In this document: piece after piece, positions 23,740 through 32,259 of the stretch | How positions within the stretch are numbered: the stretch's first letter is position 1 | Layout: each line of letters begins with the position of its first letter | Origin: a virus | Taxonomy: Duplodnaviria; Caudoviricetes | Length of the DNA stretch: 33,717 nt | Direction: 5' to 3' (one strand) | Virus record (IMG/VR): IMGVR_UViG_3300031890_000033 | Span: 1-33,717 of that record | Made by a program: the position numbers and the translations under genes | The notes under the pieces: generated by a model | What the model saw: the letters and a program-made list of their open reading frames with translations, nothing else | Told to the model about the DNA's origin: nothing | Database searches by the model: none

Positions 23740-24306
23740 ATGGCAGAAGCTAAAGTATCAAGCCCAGACCCAGAAGGCAGCGAAGCCCCAGAGCCCACGG
23801 CAGCGCCCACGGCAACAACCCCAGAGCAACCAGAGACCACGCCAACAAGCGTGCCTCTCACGGCTAGCTTTGCTGGCGGGGGCGCACTTGCGGCTAACGT
23901 TGATATCGTACAGCACCACGTTGTAGATTTTGCAGGCGAAGGCACGCTACAAGCTTACATAAGTCCAACACAACCAGTAACAAACATGAACGCGGCCACG
24001 CTGAATTACAATAACTCAACTGGCCAGCTATTACCTATTCCGGCGCCTGAGGATGAAGCCCAGGACGACCCAAACCAGCCGCAAGTGAACACTGCATGGC
24101 CGGCAAGTACGCGACCGAGCCAAATGCATGTGCCGAGCCATATACAGTACCGAACAACGCAGGTACCAATACGCGGGCGGCTGCGGCACCCAACGAACTT
24201 TTATAAGCCACAGCTAATTACGACGGTAGTATCGCCAAGCGTGGCGGAACAGATGAACAAGCACGGCAACCCGCAATTTAGGCGGCTAACAGGAAAGGCA
24301 GACTAA
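23740..24306 (+). CDS. Pro/Thr-rich hypothetical protein
   Basis: 188 aa, AGGTG RBS. Confidence 0.65.
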   Translation: MAEAKVSSPDPEGSEAPEPTAAPTATTPEQPETTPTSVPLTASFAGGGALAANVDIVQHHVVDFAGEGTLQAYISPTQPVTNMNAATLNYNNSTGQLLPIPAPEDEAQDDPNQPQVNTAWPASTRPSQMHVPSHIQYRTTQVPIRGRLRHPTNFYKPQLITTVVSPSVAEQMNKHGNPQFRRLTGKAD

Positions 24307-24307
24307 G

Positions 24308-24610
24308 ATGGCATTTGGACTGGTTAAAGCTGAAAAGGGTGTTGCACACCAGCTTACAGCAGCGAGGATTGCACAGTTACACCGATGGCAAATGCTGGGC
24401 GCGGCTGCGCGGCGGGGTAAGAGGACCGCTAGACACGATATACACAGGACCAGGCACGCAGCGTACCATGGTAGACACAGTATTAGGTCGGTGGCCCATG
24501 CTGTAGCTTGGGGTACAACTAGGCTTGTACTACCGACGAGCTTAGTAACGCCCGTTATACCGGGATACCAACCAGGCGATAGAATACATACACCGCTGAG
24601 AGGGCGATGA
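24308..24610 (+). CDS. Arg/His-rich basic protein
   Basis: 100 aa, starts 1 nt after the upstream stop. Confidence 0.6.
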   Translation: MAFGLVKAEKGVAHQLTAARIAQLHRWQMLGAAARRGKRTARHDIHRTRHAAYHGRHSIRSVAHAVAWGTTRLVLPTSLVTPVIPGYQPGDRIHTPLRGR

Positions 24611-24622
24611 GAGGAGCCGCAG

Positions 24623-25528
24623 ATGAGTGAGCCGATTAAGACGACACGCAAAGCCCTAACCCCATTTGGCGGGATAAGGGGTCAGGCTGGCTTTCAGAAG
24701 CTCAAAGAGGAAGCAATACGCAAGCTACCTCGCCAGGAATGCTTTGATAGAGGCTACATTACGGTCAAGGAACTGGACGATGAGGAGCTAGTAGCTGGGC
24801 GCTGTCGCGATGCTAACGGACGGATACCAAAGCCTAAAGGCAAGACCGAGTACATACCGCGTGAGCTATACGATGAGATGGTGGCGGAGCACGAGCTTAG
24901 GTATAAGCAGAAGCTGCGTGAAAACCTTGACAATATGCTAGACGTGATGATTGAAATTGCTGAAGATGAAACGGTGGAGCCGCGCGATAGGCTGGAGGCG
25001 GCTAAATATTTATTTGAGAGGACAGCTGGTAAGACACCCGAAACTGTTACGGTCAATGTTAAGCACGCGCCGTGGGAGGAGTTGCTTAGCCAGGTTGCTG
25101 GGATCGCGCCAATGAGCAGACAGGAACACCGTGACTTAGGCGTGGGGATTGTTGACGCGGAGTTAGTTGAAGTGGACGAGGACGGCGAACCGATTACCGG
25201 CGAACCAATTTCAGAAGACGATATGAACAAGTATTGGGTTGAAGGCGATATAACGCACCATGCACCAGGTCAGCCGCAAACAGAACCGCACCAGGCAGAG
25301 CCAGAACGCAACTACGGTCGCCGGGCGGATGAAGCCCGAAGCTACCAACAGCAGGTTCAGGATGCGCAAGACTTAGCAAAGCGACGTAAAGAAGCCAAGG
25401 CAAAAATACAGAACGCAAAAAAGCAGCGCAAAATTGACCGAGCTATGGGAGCTGATGCGATTAGGGATGAGATTACTGGTGTAACATTGGACGAGGATGG
25501 TAAGGTTAAATTTGTCCAGGGTCAATAG
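24623..25528 (+). CDS. putative terminase small subunit
   Basis: Lies upstream of terL; helical motif PRDRLEAAKYLFERTAGKTP..V.V resembles actinophage small terminases; GAGGAG RBS. Confidence 0.5.
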   Translation: MSEPIKTTRKALTPFGGIRGQAGFQKLKEEAIRKLPRQECFDRGYITVKELDDEELVAGRCRDANGRIPKPKGKTEYIPRELYDEMVAEHELRYKQKLRENLDNMLDVMIEIAEDETVEPRDRLEAAKYLFERTAGKTPETVTVNVKHAPWEELLSQVAGIAPMSRQEHRDLGVGIVDAELVEVDEDGEPITGEPISEDDMNKYWVEGDITHHAPGQPQTEPHQAEPERNYGRRADEARSYQQQVQDAQDLAKRRKEAKAKIQNAKKQRKIDRAMGADAIRDEITGVTLDEDGKVKFVQGQ

Positions 25529-25537
25529 GTACCCGTC

Positions 25538-25564
25538 GCGCGATGAGCCGGGTAAGGGTATAAT
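25538..25564 (+). promoter_or_regulatory. late-type promoter GCGCGATGAG-N11-TATAAT
   Basis: The same upstream decamer and spacing recur at 32182-32208. Confidence 0.6.
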
Positions 25565-25568
25565 CGAA

Positions 25569-25700
25569 GTGTGTACGAACTCAGCGGACCTTCTACCGGG
25601 TCTTTCCTCGCGCCTGACTCCTCGCACACAACAAGTGGTGGCTCGGTCCAGGTCTTGGGTTCCTCTCAGAATACGGTTGCTGGACCGAGTTCACCCACAG
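25569..25700 (+). ncRNA. candidate structured RNA / 5' leader (RNA-2)
   Basis: Begins just after TATAAT. Perfect 10-bp stem CTCGGTCCAG (25642-51)/CTGGACCGAG (25680-89), extendable; its loop contains UUGGGUUCCUCUCAGAA. An upstream domain is closed by GTGTG/CACAC. Confidence 0.55.
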
Positions 25701-25741
25701 GCTCAATTCCAGGTAGCAAGATAACAGGAGGAAAACCCAAA

Positions 25742-25924
25742 ATGGCATGGCAAGTTCCTTACAAGAGGATGGCGCTCCACCCTATTCCTCGCGTGGTCGA
25801 TAATACTGACCAGATGGCCATCGAACAGCGCGCCATCAACTACAGCCACCACCCAATTCGGTATGCTGACATGCCTGGTGGGCCTGGTACATTCGCGCCG
25901 TATGGAAACACTAACTTCAAATAA
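25742..25924 (+). CDS. hypothetical protein (60 aa)
   Basis: Start reassigned to ATG 25742 after AGGAGG. Confidence 0.65.
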   Translation: MAWQVPYKRMALHPIPRVVDNTDQMAIEQRAINYSHHPIRYADMPGGPGTFAPYGNTNFK

Positions 25925-25939
25925 AGCAGGTTAGCAATT

Positions 25940-26059
25940 ATGCAGGTAACATTGAGCAATGACGAACAGTCTCAGTTAAACCAGTTAGCTGAAGAGCGTG
26001 GTGAGCTTATCGATCAATGTGCGGCAAGTTTGATACGTGAAGGGCTTAGCGATGGCTAA
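25940..26059 (+). CDS. 39-aa ribbon-helix-helix-like protein (not in ORF track)
   Basis: MQVTLSNDEQSQLNQLAEERGELIDQCAASLIREGLSDG has the RHH pattern of one strand and two helices. Confidence 0.5.
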   Translation: MQVTLSNDEQSQLNQLAEERGELIDQCAASLIREGLSDG

Positions 26060-26297
26060 GAATGTTCCGCAATACCCACGAGGCACGCCCGGTTCACCAG
26101 GTACACGTTACGCGCCATCGAGTAAGAAGCAGCCCAGGCCTACTGGCATGGACCCTGCGAACCCAAGTTATGGGACAATGGATAGCGGAGGGCAGACAGA
26201 CCCAGCTGGTAAGATGAATAGTTTGTTTGGCACTGGTAACCGTGATGTACCATCCAACCAAGGCGAACTTCAATCCAAAGCGAATAGGAGCTTCTGA
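26052..26297 (+). CDS. Pro/Gly-rich hypothetical protein
   Basis: Likely start ATG 26052; TGATG coupling to the next gene. Confidence 0.6.
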   Translation: MAKNVPQYPRGTPGSPGTRYAPSSKKQPRPTGMDPANPSYGTMDSGGQTDPAGKMNSLFGTGNRDVPSNQGELQSKANRSF

Positions 26298-26620
26298 TGG
26301 CAACAACTGGATACCCAGCGAATGCGGGTGGAGGCTCAAGCGGCCTCGCCCAGTCTGGTGGCCGAGACACCACATTCGGCACAGAGGGCGGCGGCGTACC
26401 GCTCACCAAAAAGGTTACTCAGGGCGCTACTGAAGCCACTGGCATTAATGGTGTCGGCCTGACGTACAACGTTCGGTCAGCTGGCGGCGATAGAACACAG
26501 ACCCCGTGGAAGGGCACTGCTGGAGGCACTCCGCCACAGTACACCGGTGGCCTTCAGAAGCCGATTCAGGACTTGCGTAAGCAGCGTCCGCCTGTTCGCG
26601 GTGGAAGTCAGGATATATAA
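26297..26620 (+). CDS. Gly/Thr-rich hypothetical protein
   Basis: AGGAG RBS, coupled to neighbours. Confidence 0.65.
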   Translation: MATTGYPANAGGGSSGLAQSGGRDTTFGTEGGGVPLTKKVTQGATEATGINGVGLTYNVRSAGGDRTQTPWKGTAGGTPPQYTGGLQKPIQDLRKQRPPVRGGSQDI

Positions 26621-26994
26621 TGACAACGCCATATGGAGCCGTTCCAAGAGGCCCGCAGACAGGAACGCCGAATACCAAGCCGATTGGGGCTAGTGGGCAG
26701 AAATTCGGCAAAACTCTGAACCCATGGGGTGGTCCGAACATCCCAAAAGGCCAGGTCCCAAAGGGCACAAATAGCGCTTCAGGCTCAAGTACGAGCAAGC
26801 CGGTACCAGATCCACAGCTATTTGATACCGGCGTTCGTAGCAGTGATCCGCTAGAATGGCCGGTTGTGCTGAATTGGGATGGTAGCTATACACGACAGCC
26901 ATCAACGAGCGGTATTACTGCGAACGTGATTAACAAGGTAAATGCTGCGGTAGAGCACGCATACACCCGTGATGGCTATCAAGCTAGCCCATAG
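26620..26994 (+). CDS. Pro/Gly-rich hypothetical protein
   Basis: TAATG coupling; directly upstream of terL. Confidence 0.65.
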   Translation: MTTPYGAVPRGPQTGTPNTKPIGASGQKFGKTLNPWGGPNIPKGQVPKGTNSASGSSTSKPVPDPQLFDTGVRSSDPLEWPVVLNWDGSYTRQPSTSGITANVINKVNAAVEHAYTRDGYQASP

Positions 26995-27000
26995 TATGCC

Positions 27001-28599
27001 ATGCCGGCACTACTTAACCCGTGGGCGGTGTATGATAGCCCACTAGTATCTTGGGACCCACACCCGGCCCAGGAATTAGTGCTGGAAAGCCAAGCGAGAC
27101 ACAAGGTTTGGTGTGCCGGTAGGCGTACTGGCAAGAGCGATTTGGGCGGGCACGTGCTTTTGCCAGAGGCTCTTTACACGCGATCTGTGGCCGAAGAATG
27201 GCTAAAACAGGGCAAAGCGCGCATATTTTGGATCGTTTCAGACGAATATTCCACTGCTGAGAAGGAATTTCGGGTCATTTGGCACCTATGCAACATGCTA
27301 GAATTGCCGATTGATAAGCCAGGAAGCTATTACGACGCTGTTGGCGGGAATATGCACCTTAGTTTGTGGAAGGGTGCATTCCAGATACACTGTCAGAGCG
27401 CAAAATACCCTGAACACCTTGTTGGTGAAGCGTTATGCGGAGTGATTATGGCTGAGGCGGCAAAAGCTAAGCCGTCAATATGGCATAGATTCATCCGCCC
27501 AATGCTTAACGACTACAAAGGATGGTCTCTTCACACATCTACACCACTTGGGCACAACCATTTCTATGATAAATTCCAAATGGGACAAGACCTTTATAAC
27601 CCAGAATGGGAATCTTGGCGTGTTCCTAGCTGGTACAATCCTTACGTTTATGTCGGTGAGACTCGTGATGAGGACGTAAGACAGTTACTGCTAACTCTCG
27701 AAGGTGCACCAGGGCTAAGCGCGTTCGAGATAGCTGATCAACAGCAGCTATATATTGATGGTGAAATACTTCAGCTGGTTGAAGAGCTACCACCTGAGTT
27801 GTTTGCTCAAGAAATTGCGGCCGACTTCACTGAATTCGCCGGTCAAGTGTTCAAAGATTTCGATGAGGCGTACCATGTTGGTGATCTACGTTTCAACCCT
27901 GAGTGGGAAACGTACGCAGCTACTGACTACGGCTTTACCAACCCGAATGTCTGGCTTCTAATCCAAGTGGGGCCTTGGCAGGAAATTAATGTATTGGCTG
28001 AAGTACATGAAATGGGTTTAACTGCAGACAAATTCGCGGAAGAAATCAAGCGTAGACGGCTCAACCCACCACAACTTGAAGTGTTCTTCCCAGATCCAGC
28101 CGATCCGATGAGCACTAGAACACTTCAGGACAGGCTTCACATTAGGCCAGCTGCGAAAACTGGTGGCGAACTCAATCTTCGCATCAATTTGATACGCCAA
28201 GCACTGCGAAAAGGCAGAATTGATCGTGAAGGAGCCATGTTAAGCGAGTCAAATTCTGATATTTGGCGCCCTCAGCTTATGATTGATCGCCGAAATTGTC
28301 CGCGTATGCGTGAAGAAATGTTGGCTTATAGGTATCCAGAACGCAGAGAGGATGCCGAATTAAGTCGTGATCGCTATGAGAACCCAATGAAGAAGGATGA
28401 CCATGCTCCTGAAGCTCTCGGACGCTTCATGATTGGGTATTTTGGCGATGGAACGTTGCTCGACATGGGTACTAAAGTAACAAAAGCTAGGATCAGAGTC
28501 GGTCGCAAAGGCCGCAACTTCTTAAATAAGCGCGAGAAGCCGCTCAGGAGTATGATAAATGTGAAGGGTGGATTCCCCGACTGGAGGGAATGGCAGTAG
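27001..28599 (+). CDS. terL: terminase large subunit
   Basis: PHPAQ, Walker A AGRRTGKS, Walker B-like VIMAEAA, coupling motif TSTP.G.NHFY, nuclease DYGFTNP and DDHAPEAL. Confidence 0.93.
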   Translation: MPALLNPWAVYDSPLVSWDPHPAQELVLESQARHKVWCAGRRTGKSDLGGHVLLPEALYTRSVAEEWLKQGKARIFWIVSDEYSTAEKEFRVIWHLCNMLELPIDKPGSYYDAVGGNMHLSLWKGAFQIHCQSAKYPEHLVGEALCGVIMAEAAKAKPSIWHRFIRPMLNDYKGWSLHTSTPLGHNHFYDKFQMGQDLYNPEWESWRVPSWYNPYVYVGETRDEDVRQLLLTLEGAPGLSAFEIADQQQLYIDGEILQLVEELPPELFAQEIAADFTEFAGQVFKDFDEAYHVGDLRFNPEWETYAATDYGFTNPNVWLLIQVGPWQEINVLAEVHEMGLTADKFAEEIKRRRLNPPQLEVFFPDPADPMSTRTLQDRLHIRPAAKTGGELNLRINLIRQALRKGRIDREGAMLSESNSDIWRPQLMIDRRNCPRMREEMLAYRYPERREDAELSRDRYENPMKKDDHAPEALGRFMIGYFGDGTLLDMGTKVTKARIRVGRKGRNFLNKREKPLRSMINVKGGFPDWREWQ

Positions 28600-28733
28600 T
28601 GGACCATAAACACTGTGATATATGCCCTATAATGACGTGTAATCACAATCGTCGTACTCAAAAGATCGTAGTGCTTTCCATGCCTATCGTTAGGCGTGCC
28701 GATCGAAATAAAGAGAAAGCTGAAGCTAAGTGA
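28599..28733 (+). CDS. 44-aa Cys/His-containing protein (not in ORF track)
   Basis: MDHKHCDICPIMTCNHNRRTQK... overlaps the terL stop and the HNH start. Confidence 0.45.
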   Translation: MDHKHCDICPIMTCNHNRRTQKIVVLSMPIVRRADRNKEKAEAK

Positions 28734-29242
28734 GCATAAATCTTTCAGTATTTGGCTATCCTGGCTGGGAAGCTGATAATGAAGGCAATGTTTACAAGAA
28801 TGGTAAGCTTATACCAGGTAAAGTATATCAAGGATATAATAGATCGCATACTAGTTTCCCGCTGATTAAGCGAGCTACTTTAGTGTGTACAGCTTGGCAT
28901 GGACCTAAGCCATTTGATGAAGCTGAGGTTAGACATCTTAATGATATTCACGATGATGATAGGCCTGAAAATCTAAAATGGGGGACACATACTGATAACG
29001 TTCGTGATTCCGTAAAGAATGGAACTCACTATACGCCAAATTATGAAGGTGGTTGTGCTCCGAAACCAAGTACTCGTGGGTTTAAACATTATAAAGCTAC
29101 ACTATCTGATGATGATATTAGAGAGATTCGTAGATTACGTGCCGAAGGGGTCAGCGCGGTAGAATTAGCGAAGACTTACGGAGTTCACGTGCAATATGTT
29201 TACGCTGTAGTCAGCCGTAGAAAAAGATCGGAGGTGGTCTGA
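28730..29242 (+). CDS. HNH homing endonuclease (I-HmuI/NUMOD4-like) with C-terminal HTH
   Basis: LVCTAWHGPKP....VRHLND...DDRPENLKWGT..DN..D; similar to 21768-22226. Confidence 0.87.
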   Translation: MSINLSVFGYPGWEADNEGNVYKNGKLIPGKVYQGYNRSHTSFPLIKRATLVCTAWHGPKPFDEAEVRHLNDIHDDDRPENLKWGTHTDNVRDSVKNGTHYTPNYEGGCAPKPSTRGFKHYKATLSDDDIREIRRLRAEGVSAVELAKTYGVHVQYVYAVVSRRKRSEVV

Positions 29243-30913
29243 TGCCGATAGATATTCGGCAGTATTGACGACTCAGCCATCGACTTTATTCGCGATGACC
29301 TCAAGTTTAGCCGTCTGATATCAAATCTTAGCAATAATGACGACCGTATTCGTCTTAAAGCGTACATGCTTTACGATGACATGTACTACAACCGTCCCGA
29401 GCACATTAGGATTACGCTCCGCGGCGGGGTTAATACCATTCCTAGTGTTGCGCCGCCATCGAGTACAAGTTCAAGCTGGGCCGAAGAAGATGAAGACAGC
29501 GTTCAGATTTATGTCCCTAGTGCGAAGAAGTGTATCGAAGCTGTAAATAGGTTCTTAGCTGTTGGCTGGAATGTTCAGCCAGATCCAACGTTCCCAAAGA
29601 CTGCTAATACTCAAACTGTAGCCATTTTTATCCAGAATTTATTTAAACGTGAGCGGATGCCAAGTAAGTTCGCTCAGATGAAGCGTTACATGCTTATTAA
29701 AGGTGATGCGCTTCTACATATTACAGCTGATCCTAAGCGTTTGCCTGGTCAACGAATCAGCATTAATGAGCTTCGTGCAGAGCATTATTTTCCAATAGAG
29801 GATTCTCAAGGCAATTATATCGGTTGTCATTTGGTTGATATCATCAATAATCCAAATAATACACTTAAGCTCAATCAGTATACTGGAAAGGAAGTGGTTC
29901 GTCGGCAGACGTATCGCAGAGAGCTTGATGATGCTGGCTTCCCAACAGGCCGGATAACATCAGAGCTTGGACTATATGAAATAGGTAAGTGGGATGATCG
30001 AGTCTTACCTGCTTCAGAGCTTAGTCTGATCCAAGAAGTACAAGACCCATTCTATTTGCCTCCAGAAATCAATCAGATTCCAGTGTACCATTGGCGCAAT
30101 ATGCCGCCGCCAGGTAGCTTTTTTGGTACATCTGAATTGGCTGGCGTTGAAAGCGTCATCACCGCCATCAACCAGGCCATGTCCGATGAGGACTTGACTC
30201 TGATTATGCAAGGTTTAGGAGTTTATTGGACTGATGCTAGTCCACCGTTAGATCCGAGCGGCAATGAAGTCGAATGGGAAATTAGTCCACGATCAGTGGT
30301 ACAGGTTGCATCTGGCGGACAATTTGGACGAGTTTCTGGAATTACAACCGTGCAACCATTTGGTGACCACATCAACTCTCTTGACGAGGCAATGCAACAG
30401 GCCCTTGGGGTACCAGATATTGCTGTTGGCGTTGTTGATGTTACGACTGCGGAAAGTGGTATTGCCTTACAACTCAAACTTGGCCCACTTCTTGCTAAGA
30501 ACCAAGAGAAAGAACTTGACTTACTCGATGTCGGAGACCAATTCATCTATGATCTCATAAATGGCTGGATGGTTGCTTATGAGGACATAGATGTTGAAGG
30601 TGCCATATTCTCTACTGCGTTCGACGACGCAATGCCTAAGAACAAGTCCAAAGATTTACAGGATTTGATTTCACTTTGGACTACGGCTGGGCCAGGAGCG
30701 CCAGGTGCTTGTTTGCCGGTAAGTTGGTTCTTCGAGCAGCTTAACAATATTATGGGCTACAAGCTTGATGAGACAAAGGACTTTGCGCAGGCTTTAGCTG
30801 ATGCACAGAAGATAGTGAATGCTATAACGCCAACGCCGCCACCCGCACCGGCGCCATCACCAGATTTAGTTGGCGCAGGAGCGCCGGCCACTAATGGAGC
30901 ACCAGGAGGTTAA
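29242..30913 (+). CDS. portal protein (main ORF 29366-30913; apparent +1 frameshift near 29266)
   Basis: Follows terL, expected size, portal-like motifs GDA.L, FG.SEL.G and ESGIAL.L...PL..K. GGAGG-ATG at 29242 opens only MPIDIRQY*, while the portal frame is open from 29252. Confidence 0.85.
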
Positions 30914-30915
30914 TA

Positions 30916-31101
30916 ATGGCAGCAAAGAGGAAACCAAAGTTAGGTTCTGGCGCAAGATTCAAGGCGCTAACCAAGTCAATTTCAAAGCGCGGCGGGGTTA
31001 GCAATCCTGCTGCCGTGGCTGCGGCGATTGGCCGTAAGAAATATGGGAAGGCCAAGTTTCAGAAGATGGCTGCTACCGGTCGTCGTCGTAAAGGCAAGTA
31101 A
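30916..31101 (+). CDS. small highly basic protein
   Basis: KLGSG.RF..L.......G..NP.A.AA.IGRKKYG; AGGAGG RBS. Confidence 0.75.
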   Translation: MAAKRKPKLGSGARFKALTKSISKRGGVSNPAAVAAAIGRKKYGKAKFQKMAATGRRRKGK

Positions 31102-31103
31102 TT

Positions 31104-31238
31104 ATGGCTAGGCGAAAGAAAACAGTAAAGAAAACATTTGGTGGTGCCAAGAAAGCAGGTTTGGTTGGTCGAAAGGCCAGCGGTAAGGCCATCAAAGGCT
31201 CAGTTGGTGGCGTCAAAACGAACAGAAAGTTCACATAA
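31104..31238 (+). CDS. 44-aa Lys/Gly-rich protein (not in ORF track)
   Basis: MARRKKTVKKTFGGAKKAGLVGRKASGKAIKGSVGGVKTNRKFT, with TAATG coupling downstream. Confidence 0.65.
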   Translation: MARRKKTVKKTFGGAKKAGLVGRKASGKAIKGSVGGVKTNRKFT

Positions 31239-31387
31239 TGGCCAGCGCAGCGCAATTGGCAGCACGTCAGAAGTTTACCGCAATGGTACGGGCCAAACAA
31301 GCAGGCAAAAAAGGCGCTGCTCCTGTTGCGTCAACGACCAAAAAGACAGTTAAAAAGGCAAAGCGCGCAACAAGGAAGCGTAAATAA
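31238..31387 (+). CDS. 49-aa Lys/Ala-rich histone-H1-like protein (not in ORF track)
   Basis: MASAAQLAARQKFTAMVRAKQAGKKGAAPVASTTKKTVKKAKRATRKRK, TAATG-coupled on both sides. Confidence 0.68.
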   Translation: MASAAQLAARQKFTAMVRAKQAGKKGAAPVASTTKKTVKKAKRATRKRK

Positions 31388-31701
31388 TGGCTCGCAATGG
31401 TGGACATACTATGGTAAGGCATGATGTTAGGAAGATTGCTAGGGCAGCTAAAGCTGAGGGTCCACCTGGTATTATTCCCGGCCAGCCGGCAGCTGGCCAT
31501 CACCCGTTTTATAGTCGCGCGCAATGGCGATTATTCTTTGCTAATCCAAAGCTGCGTAGATGGGCGATAGGTAAGGCCCATGCGACTGGTGGCCATCATG
31601 AGATAACACAACGGTTACATTTTTCACCGGCGTACCGTGGCTTGCCAGAGCGTGAACGTGGTTTACATATCGGTCAAGGCCCAAAGCACCATAAAGGATA
31701 A
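31387..31701 (+). CDS. Arg/His-rich basic protein
   Basis: PF.SRAQWR.FFA......WA...AH.T.......LPER pattern. Confidence 0.7.
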   Translation: MARNGGHTMVRHDVRKIARAAKAEGPPGIIPGQPAAGHHPFYSRAQWRLFFANPKLRRWAIGKAHATGGHHEITQRLHFSPAYRGLPERERGLHIGQGPKHHKG

Positions 31702-31704
31702 GTC

Positions 31705-32169
31705 ATGGGTATTTTTGCTGGTGTTGTAAGAGATATAACACGCGGTGAAAGACAAGCTGATCGCGATATTTACAGGGCCAGGCGTGATAGATCATCTGTA
31801 AGGTCTATGTTGCCAAATTTACCTGGTGGTAGAGGTCGTGGAATAGGTGGCTTGGGCAGGCTTAGACGGCTAAATAATTTCAATATGCCCGGTAACTGGG
31901 GTGGCTGGCCCAATATGCCTGGTCATGGCTTCGGCGGAGGCTTTGGTGGCGGTTTACTAGGTGGTGGCATCATGGGAAGTATTGCCCATCCAAAAATGCT
32001 TGGTATGGGCAAGCGTTCAAGTGCATCATCTAGTACAAGTGGATCGAATTTTGGTGCATTCGGAACACATGCTTCAGATACGGCTAAAGCTGTGAAAGCT
32101 ACGAGTACACCTGATCCACTTACACAACCATATAAGCCACTTTCCAAACAGCCGTATGGACTTGGATGA
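31705..32169 (+). CDS. Gly/Arg-rich low-complexity protein
   Basis: 154 aa, AAGGA RBS. Confidence 0.65.
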   Translation: MGIFAGVVRDITRGERQADRDIYRARRDRSSVRSMLPNLPGGRGRGIGGLGRLRRLNNFNMPGNWGGWPNMPGHGFGGGFGGGLLGGGIMGSIAHPKMLGMGKRSSASSSTSGSNFGAFGTHASDTAKAVKATSTPDPLTQPYKPLSKQPYGLG

Positions 32170-32181
32170 TTTCTTATTAGA

Positions 32182-32208
32182 GCGCGATGAGTCGCGGTCG
32201 CGTAGGAT
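32182..32208 (+). promoter_or_regulatory. late-type promoter GCGCGATGAG-N11-TAGGAT
   Basis: Intergenic, upstream of the scaffold gene; matches 25538-25564. Confidence 0.55.
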
Positions 32209-32259
32209 AAAGGCTATTAAGGTTTGATCAACCTTTCCTGGGACTAGGAGCCAAAATCA

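Noticed and set aside
25571-25741. Longer 117-aa version of the ORF starting at GTG 25571
   Set aside because: A strong AGGAGG precedes ATG 25742 and the upstream part is better explained as structured RNA. A leaderless start at 25571 cannot be fully excluded.
28599-29270. Group I intron containing the HNH gene and interrupting terL or portal
   Set aside because: terL ends with a complete nuclease domain, the ORFs abut with no room for an intron core, and no P/Q/R/S elements were recognised.
32240-32252. GGGACTAGGAGCC resembling the cluster K mycobacteriophage start-associated sequence
   Set aside because: It is a single imperfect copy, adequately explained as an ordinary AGGAG RBS.
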